This document shows positions 58,693 through 64,000 of a stretch of DNA of 64,000 bases, in pieces. A program made the position numbers and the translations under genes. Position 1 is the first letter of the stretch. Every line of letters begins with the position of its first letter. The stretch covers positions 62,599-126,598 of IMG/VR virus record IMGVR_UViG_3300032305_003086; one strand, written 5' to 3'. The notes under the pieces are model-generated. The model searched no databases and was not told where the DNA came from. It saw only the letters and a list, made by a program, of their open reading frames with translations. Source of the DNA: a virus (lineage: Duplodnaviria; Caudoviricetes).

Positions 58693-58818
58693 ATGAAAAA
58701 GAGTTGGAGAGTTATCGATTCTAGAAAAAAAAGAATCGAAAGGATCGCTAGAAAAATAAAACGGCTTGAAAACAAGTTGGTTAGTTTGCGTCAAAATAAT
58801 TTTAAACTCGTTTGGTAA
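58693..58818 (+). CDS. small basic protein (41 aa)
   Basis: AAGGAG RBS before ATG 58693. Confidence 0.5.
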   Translation: MKKSWRVIDSRKKRIERIARKIKRLENKLVSLRQNNFKLVW

Positions 58819-58830
58819 AGGAAAACAATC

Positions 58831-59142
58831 ATGAAGATGGTCTATGAAATAGTTCGCATCGAAAAAGATAAAATTTTTATTGTTCCTAATCTTTCGGAAA
58901 AAACAATAATTGAGTCAAGTGCAACTTTGAATAGTTTTTACAAGCATGTTAGTAAAAACTGGGGTCGTAACTTACATGTTATTTTCGGTTTCAGAGAAGG
59001 ATTAAAATACGAATGGAAAGTAGTAAGATCTAAAAAAGCTGGTGCTTTTTGGGGAATTGAGTATTTCAAAGAATACGAAGGAGAAGTTCCTCAACAATTT
59101 GAAATTACTGGTTTCCCATCTTCGTCTTTATTTGATCTTTAA
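58831..59142 (+). CDS. paralog family member B
   Basis: YEIVRIEKDKIFIVP...EITGFPSSSLFDL. Confidence 0.75.
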   Translation: MKMVYEIVRIEKDKIFIVPNLSEKTIIESSATLNSFYKHVSKNWGRNLHVIFGFREGLKYEWKVVRSKKAGAFWGIEYFKEYEGEVPQQFEITGFPSSSLFDL

Positions 59143-59153
59143 GGAAAAAAATC

Positions 59154-59465
59154 ATGAAAACAACTTATGAAATAGTTCGCATCGAAGAAGATAAAATTTT
59201 TATTGTTCCTAATCTTTCGGAAAAAACAATCGAGACAAGAACAGCTGTGGGTCGTTTTTACAAGCATGTTAGTAAAAACTTGGGTTATAACTTATCAATT
59301 ATTTTTGGCTTCAGAAAATTTTCATTTTCTGAAGGATTAGAATACGAATGGAAAGTAATAGGATCTAAGAAATGGGGATTTATTAATTTCGCAAAATACG
59401 AAGGAGAAGTTCCTCAAAAATCTGAAATTACTGGTTTCCCATCTTCATCTTTATTTGATCTTTAA
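59154..59465 (+). CDS. paralog family member C
   Basis: YEIVRIEEDKIFIVP...EITGFPSSSLFDL. Confidence 0.75.
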   Translation: MKTTYEIVRIEEDKIFIVPNLSEKTIETRTAVGRFYKHVSKNLGYNLSIIFGFRKFSFSEGLEYEWKVIGSKKWGFINFAKYEGEVPQKSEITGFPSSSLFDL

Positions 59466-59490
59466 ACTCGTTTGGTAAAGGAAAACAATC

Positions 59491-59973
59491 ATGAAGATGG
59501 TCTATGAAATAGTTCGCATCGAAGAAGATAAAATTTTTATTGTTCCTTGTCCTGTTAATGACTTAGAAAACTTACTTTGGGATGAAATAAGTTTCAAAAA
59601 ATATTTCTGCGGTGGTTTCTATCGATACGGATACTCAATCTACGATAGAGTGAGTTTTCCAAGTTTGGAAAAAATTATTTCACAATTACAAAAAAAACTA
59701 GGAGCGGATGTATCTGAATTTAGTAAAATTCCATCTTGCAAAAATAAAAAAGGAAATAAAAGAGTTATTTTTGGATATAAAGATAGAGACAGATTAGTCT
59801 GGCAGGAGGTTGTTCTTCTTTTTCATTATAGAAACAAACATCCTGGAATTAGTGGCGGCGGTGGTCTTATTCCTTATTGCGAATGCTGCGATTACTTTTT
59901 GGCACCATACAACGAACATATTCCTGAACAAGAAATTACTGGTTTCCCATCTTCATCTTTATTTGATCTTTAA
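59491..59973 (+). CDS. paralog family member D
   Basis: Same termini, longer and highly divergent core. Confidence 0.75.
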   Translation: MKMVYEIVRIEEDKIFIVPCPVNDLENLLWDEISFKKYFCGGFYRYGYSIYDRVSFPSLEKIISQLQKKLGADVSEFSKIPSCKNKKGNKRVIFGYKDRDRLVWQEVVLLFHYRNKHPGISGGGGLIPYCECCDYFLAPYNEHIPEQEITGFPSSSLFDL

Positions 59974-59988
59974 AAAAGGAGAATTATC

Positions 59989-60612
59989 ATGGGTGGCGGA
60001 AGAAGGGTTGTTACTCAAAAAGAGCAAAATGCAGAATATTTAAATGACTATGCTGATTTTATTAAATATATAAAACATTTTGATTTAGACAAACAAGAAA
60101 TTGAATTGAAAGAGGAGTCTGTCGAGGCGGCATATCAGGTCCTAAGTCAAGAAATTATCAGAAATTTAGATTATGACAACTTAATAAAACTTAAGTTACT
60201 TAAGATAATTTTTGAATCTGATGATGTTGATAAAATGCTAAAATTTAATTTGAAAAGAATTAGATGGATGATTGGCAATGATTATGAAATTGGATTTACT
60301 TTAGATAAACTAGAAAATCTTATAAAAAGATCTGCGTCGAATTCGCTAGAATATGCGAAAAATATTGGAGACAGATTTGAAAAAGGAGAAAAGGTCCTAG
60401 CAAAATCTGATGAAATTAGGTTTGCACCTAAAGGCCATAGCTTTTCTATACTTTGTCTGCCTGCTCTTGAGTATGCTAAAATTATTGGTAAAAGATTTGA
60501 ATTAGGAGAAGAAAAAATAGCAAAAAAGACAGAATACATACACGAATATTCGAAAGTTGTAGGAATGCTCCCCGAAGAATTGCACAATATACTGATTGCA
60601 AGTTGCTTGTAG
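59989..60612 (+). CDS. hypothetical protein with LEYAK.IG.RFE.GE repeats
   Basis: AAGGAG RBS; two internal repeats. Confidence 0.6.
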   Translation: MGGGRRVVTQKEQNAEYLNDYADFIKYIKHFDLDKQEIELKEESVEAAYQVLSQEIIRNLDYDNLIKLKLLKIIFESDDVDKMLKFNLKRIRWMIGNDYEIGFTLDKLENLIKRSASNSLEYAKNIGDRFEKGEKVLAKSDEIRFAPKGHSFSILCLPALEYAKIIGKRFELGEEKIAKKTEYIHEYSKVVGMLPEELHNILIASCL

Positions 60613-60628
60613 ATTGCATAAATAAATT

Positions 60629-61630
60629 ATGAAATTTAATATAAAAGAAGTTAAAAAATATTTTAAGGAACAGGGATGTAAATTATTAGAAGAAAAATAT
60701 ATCAATGCTCATATAAAAATGAAATATATTTGTTCTTGTGGAAATGAATCTAGTATTAATTGGAATAATTTCAAAAGTGGAAAAAGGTGTGGTTGTAAAA
60801 GAAAAGATATACAAAAACTAACTAAAGAAGAAATAAAAAAAGAATTAGAAGAAAAAGGATGTGAATTTATATCTTCTGAATACAATGGATTGTGTCACTT
60901 TATTGAATGTAAGTGTAAATGCGGAAATTTAAGAAAATGCAAGTTGAGTAATTTTAGAAAAAGTTCAAGGTGTAGGAAGTGTCTTCATAAAGATTTGGCT
61001 CTTAATCTAGACTTAGTTAAGAATTATTTTTATGAAAATGGTTGCGAACTACTTGAAAAAGAATATAAAAATGCAAGAAATAAATTAAAATACAAGTGTT
61101 GTTGCGGACAAATTTCTAAGATATGTTTTTATAGTTTTAAAAATGGCAATAGATGTGATAAATGCGGAAATAGAAAAGTTTCTGCGTGGATGAGCAAAAA
61201 TAGACGGGGAGAAAAAAATCCTAGATGGATTAAAGATAGAGAAGTCAAGAGACATAATGACGCTTTTTGTGAAAAGTGCAGGTGCATGGTTAGAAGAACA
61301 TTAAAATTATTTAATAAAAATAAAACAAAGAAAACAGAATGTATTCTTGGTTACAAATTTATAGATTTAAAGAGACACATAGAAGGTCATAAAAATTGGA
61401 ATAAAATAAAAAATGAAAAATGGCATATAGATCACATTTTTCCATTGAAAGCTTTTGTTGAATATGATATACTTGACCCCACGTTGGCAAATTGTTTAGA
61501 AAATCTCCAACCAATGATTGGTAAAGAAAACATATCCAAGAGTTGCAAATATGATAAGTTTTCTTTTGAATATTGGCTTGAATCCAAGGGCATTAGCATA
61601 GAAAGGAGAAAAATACACCGTGAAATCTAA
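60629..61630 (+). CDS. free-standing HNH homing endonuclease with zinc-ribbon repeats
   Basis: Three CxCG...CxxC-type repeats; WHIDHIFPL...ANCLENLQPM...ENISKS HNH domain; overlaps the dnaE start. Confidence 0.8.
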   Translation: MKFNIKEVKKYFKEQGCKLLEEKYINAHIKMKYICSCGNESSINWNNFKSGKRCGCKRKDIQKLTKEEIKKELEEKGCEFISSEYNGLCHFIECKCKCGNLRKCKLSNFRKSSRCRKCLHKDLALNLDLVKNYFYENGCELLEKEYKNARNKLKYKCCCGQISKICFYSFKNGNRCDKCGNRKVSAWMSKNRRGEKNPRWIKDREVKRHNDAFCEKCRCMVRRTLKLFNKNKTKKTECILGYKFIDLKRHIEGHKNWNKIKNEKWHIDHIFPLKAFVEYDILDPTLANCLENLQPMIGKENISKSCKYDKFSFEYWLESKGISIERRKIHREI

Positions 61631-63035
61631 AATTGTTGGTTTTGAACATCTCCACCTCCATTCCGATTTCTCGGTGCTTTAACTTGACGGTTATGGCACC
61701 GCACATGAGTATGCCAAACGAGCCAAAGAAATTAATCAGCAATTTCTTTGTATAAGTGATCACGGCTCTTTAGGAGCCGTACCAAGACAGATTCAGGCTT
61801 GTGAAAAATATGGTGTTAGTCCAATATTTGCCTGTGAACTTTATATTAATCCTCTTCAGCCCACTCTAAACATAGGGCAAAAAGCCACAGATTTTACGGA
61901 GGATATGAGTCCAGAGGAGAGAAAAGATTTTAAAAAATCTTATCATTTATTGGCTATTGCTTATAACCAAAAAGGATATAGTAATTTAGTTAATTTATCT
62001 TCAGCCGCTTGGACCAGAGGTTTTTATTACAGGCCCAGAATAAATTATGACTTATTGCAGAACCACAAAGAAGGCTTAATTTTTACTAGTTGCTGTTATA
62101 ACTCTGAGATTGGCCAGGCCTTTGATCGCGGCGGTGATGAAGAAGGCTTTAAGATGGTGGAAAAATATATTGAATTTTTTGGCAAAGAAAATTTTTATCT
62201 AGAATTTATGCTTTTAGATTTCAATAAGCAAAAGCCTTATAATAAATTTATAATTAGAGCACATGATAAATATGGCTTGCCAATAATATTAAGTAACGAT
62301 TGTCACTACTGCCTTCAAGAAGACAGTAAAATGCAGCGGCTCATGCTAATGGTTCAGACTAAAAAAACTTTGAAAGAAATTGAAGAAAGAAAAGCTGAAA
62401 ATGAAACTGCTGATTTGTTTGAACTTCAAGACACAAACCTTTGGATGAAAAGTGAAGAAGAGCTTAATGCCAAGTGGCTTAGTCACTATTCTGATGATAT
62501 TCCCTGTGAATTATTTGAACAAGCTAAAATAAACACTACCAAGATTGCTCAAAAAGCAAAGGGAGTGGAATTAGATAGATCAATCAAGCTTCCTTACATA
62601 GAAGAAGCTGAAGAAAAATTATTAGAGGCAATAAAAATAGGATTTGATTATAGAAGATTGCCTAAAAATAAAAAATATTTGGGAAGAATTAAAGAAGAGT
62701 ACCAACTAATATGTCAAAAAGGTTTTGCTTCTTATTTTCTAATTCAAAAAATGATGACAGATGAAGCAAGAAGAATATGTCCTGAAATTTTGGGTTACGG
62801 AGATGGCTCAGAAGCTGTGGGGTGCGGTCGTGGCTCTGCTGTCGGATCCTTAATTTGTTATTGTTTAAGAATCACAGACGTAAATCCCATTCAGCATGAC
62901 TTGCTTTTTTCTAGATTTTTGAGTCCTTCTCGGGGCGGCAAGCAAATGAGATTGAGATTTTCTATAGACCCTGTTATAATTACTGAAGATCTAGCTGACG
63001 ATTGTCCTTTTGATGTTCCTCAAGAATACTATTGA
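61620..63035 (+). CDS. dnaE: DNA polymerase III alpha, N-terminal half (PHP domain + start of palm); in-frame TAA at 61680-61682
   Basis: AAAGGAG RBS + GTG 61620; HLHLHSDFSVL*LDG, SDHG, FACELY in frame with the tracked ORF 61905..63035 (HLLAIA, SNDCHY, GRGSAVGSL, FSRFL); ends before the PDID motif. Confidence 0.85.
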
Positions 63036-63060
63036 ACTTAGTCTTTGCGTTTGTTATAAT
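63032..63060 (+). promoter_or_regulatory. sigma70-like promoter with extended -10
   Basis: TTGAAC-17-TATAAT with TG at the extended -10 position. Confidence 0.6.
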
Positions 63061-63080
63061 ATTTAAACTGGAGAAAAAAA

Positions 63081-63359
63081 ATGATACAAATTTTGAAGTT
63101 GGTTAGTGGAGAAGATGTTATAGCTGAGGTTTCATCAATAGATGGATCTCTCAAATTAAAAGATGCTCATAGAATAGTCATGACTCAAGAAGGATTGGGG
63201 CTTATGCCTTTTATGCTTTTTTCTAAAGATAAAGAATTTACAATTTCTGAATCTCATGTTTTAGCAAAAGGAGAGCCAGAAGCAGAAATTAGAAATGCCT
63301 ATAGTTCTCAAACGGGTGGTGTTGTTATTGCAAAGAGCAACATGTTGATTACGGAATGA
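63081..63359 (+). CDS. Sm-like fold protein of T4-like phages
   Basis: ILKLVSGEDVIAEV...GLMPFM...Y. Confidence 0.65.
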   Translation: MIQILKLVSGEDVIAEVSSIDGSLKLKDAHRIVMTQEGLGLMPFMLFSKDKEFTISESHVLAKGEPEAEIRNAYSSQTGGVVIAKSNMLITE

Positions 63360-63362
63360 TTT

Positions 63363-63563
63363 ATGAGTGATGACAATTTTTATAAAGATCAAAATACTTT
63401 ATTTGAAGAATGGCTTAGGCAACCTTTTGGTGACTTGAGTTGTTTATCTGAGTTTATAGACGATTATAGTATTTTTTACATTAAGAAAGCTTTTTTGGAT
63501 GGTTATGAAGCTGGATTTAAATATAAGATGAATTTGAATTGGCAAGAACAAAATCAAAAATGA
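63363..63563 (+). CDS. hypothetical protein
   Basis: ORF in operon. Confidence 0.5.
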   Translation: MSDDNFYKDQNTLFEEWLRQPFGDLSCLSEFIDDYSIFYIKKAFLDGYEAGFKYKMNLNWQEQNQK

Positions 63564-63733
63564 ATTGCTTTAATCTTGAAAAAGTTGATGACTTATACTA
63601 CAAATTTAAATATGGATATTTTATTTTTCAAAAGGAACAGCAGAAATGGGTTTTTATTCCTTTTGAAAAATTTTTTGATGAGGATATGCTAAAAATATCC
63701 TTAGAAAATTTAGTTTTATTAAATAAAAAGTAA
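63560..63733 (+). CDS. hypothetical protein
   Basis: ATGA coupling with the previous gene. Confidence 0.45.
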   Translation: MNCFNLEKVDDLYYKFKYGYFIFQKEQQKWVFIPFEKFFDEDMLKISLENLVLLNKK

Positions 63734-63767
63734 AAAAATCGCCGTTATTGCGGACGGCGAAATTTTT
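63732..63767. terminator. bidirectional terminator candidate between convergent genes
   Basis: A-tract, TCGCCGT/ACGGCGA stem, T-tract. Confidence 0.65.
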
Positions 63768-63781
63768 ACTTTCGAGTTGTA

Positions 63782-64000
63782 TTAGATTCCTCTCATTGCT
63801 CTCATGAGATTTTGATGTGCTGAGTTCATGTGTTTTCTTTCATGATCATGATTATGAGCTTCTTCATCTTCGTAGTCTTCTTCATCTTCTAGGCCTTCTT
63901 CATCTTCGTAGTCTTCTTCATCTTCTAGGCCTTCTTCATCTTCGTAGTCTTCTTCATCTTCGTAGTCTTCTTCATCTTCTAGGCCTTCTTCATCTTCTAG
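63782..64000 (-). CDS. C-terminal part of an acidic repeat protein (partial)
   Basis: Reverse frame reads LEDEEGLEDEEDYEDEED...AHNHDHERKHMNSAHQNLMRAMRGI*. Confidence 0.7.
   Translation of the reverse strand, partial: LEDEEGLEDEEDYEDEEDYEDEEGLEDEEDYEDEEGLEDEEDYEDEEAHNHDHERKHMNSAHQNLMRAMRGI
63859..64000 (-). repeat. 18-nt coding tandem repeat, two alternating variants
   Basis: CTTCTTCATCTTCGTAGT and CTTCTTCATCTTCTAGGC, about 8 units, truncated by the window end. Confidence 0.9.

Larger units (their letters stand above)
58801..59973 (+). repeat. direct repeats bounding the paralog cassettes
   Basis: 87-nt repeat 58801-58887/59461-59547 (1 mismatch); 42-nt repeat 59101-59142/59424-59465/59932-59973 (at most 1 mismatch). 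Confidence 0.9.

Noticed and set aside
58801-59973. Diversity-generating retroelement or CRISPR array
   Set aside because: Differences between copies include indels and non-adenine changes, no reverse transcriptase or cas gene is in the window, and the repeats are coding gene ends.
61680-61682. Genome-wide stop codon reassignment as the explanation for the dnaE in-frame stop
   Set aside because: The codon is TAA, which ends most genes here. TGA and TAG also act as stops, and other conserved genes are intact in the standard code.
62930-63035. Split intein at the end of DnaE-N
   Set aside because: The tail is only ~33 aa, does not begin with Cys/Ser at the junction and shows no intein block A/B motifs.
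63859-64000. CRISPR array
   Set aside because: Contiguous 18-nt units with no spacers, in frame with an acidic protein.
1-64000. tRNA or rRNA genes
   Set aside because: No cloverleaf with a T-loop consensus or rRNA-like segment was seen by eye in the intergenic gaps; tRNAscan-SE would be needed to exclude them formally.

Overview
AT-rich, gene-dense segment of a large (jumbo/T4-like) tailed bacteriophage genome, read in the standard bacterial code. From left to right it contains: a tail-fibre/adhesin cluster (Gly-rich, FN3-PA14, lectin-like); a radical-SAM/glycosyltransferase/aminotransferase modification cluster; a UvsW-like helicase; a block of small proteins with T4-like capsid-targeting N-termini; nucleotide salvage genes (hpt, guaC, dNMP kinase, thyA, folA); a replication/recombination module (PolA-like, DnaB-like helicase, UvsY-like, gp32-like SSB, RecA/UvsX, Hel308-like helicase); hldE; a prkA(yeaG)-yeaH-spoVR-clpP block; a tandem paralog array; several free-standing endonucleases; and the N-terminal half of a split DnaE. 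The most striking observations are three. (1) The dnaE-N reading frame has an in-frame CTT-TAA-CTT inside the PHP motif, just downstream of an overlapping HNH endonuclease gene. A 6-nt ribosomal stop-hop would restore the canonical motif exactly, resembling the T4 mobA/gene 60 bypass cassette. (2) An ORF-free, highly base-paired ~430-nt segment with three GAAA tetraloops is a candidate large ncRNA, lying upstream of an apparently thumb-less PolA. (3) A sigma-like protein carries a capsid-targeting-like N-terminus. All calls come from motif reading by eye; no database searches were run.
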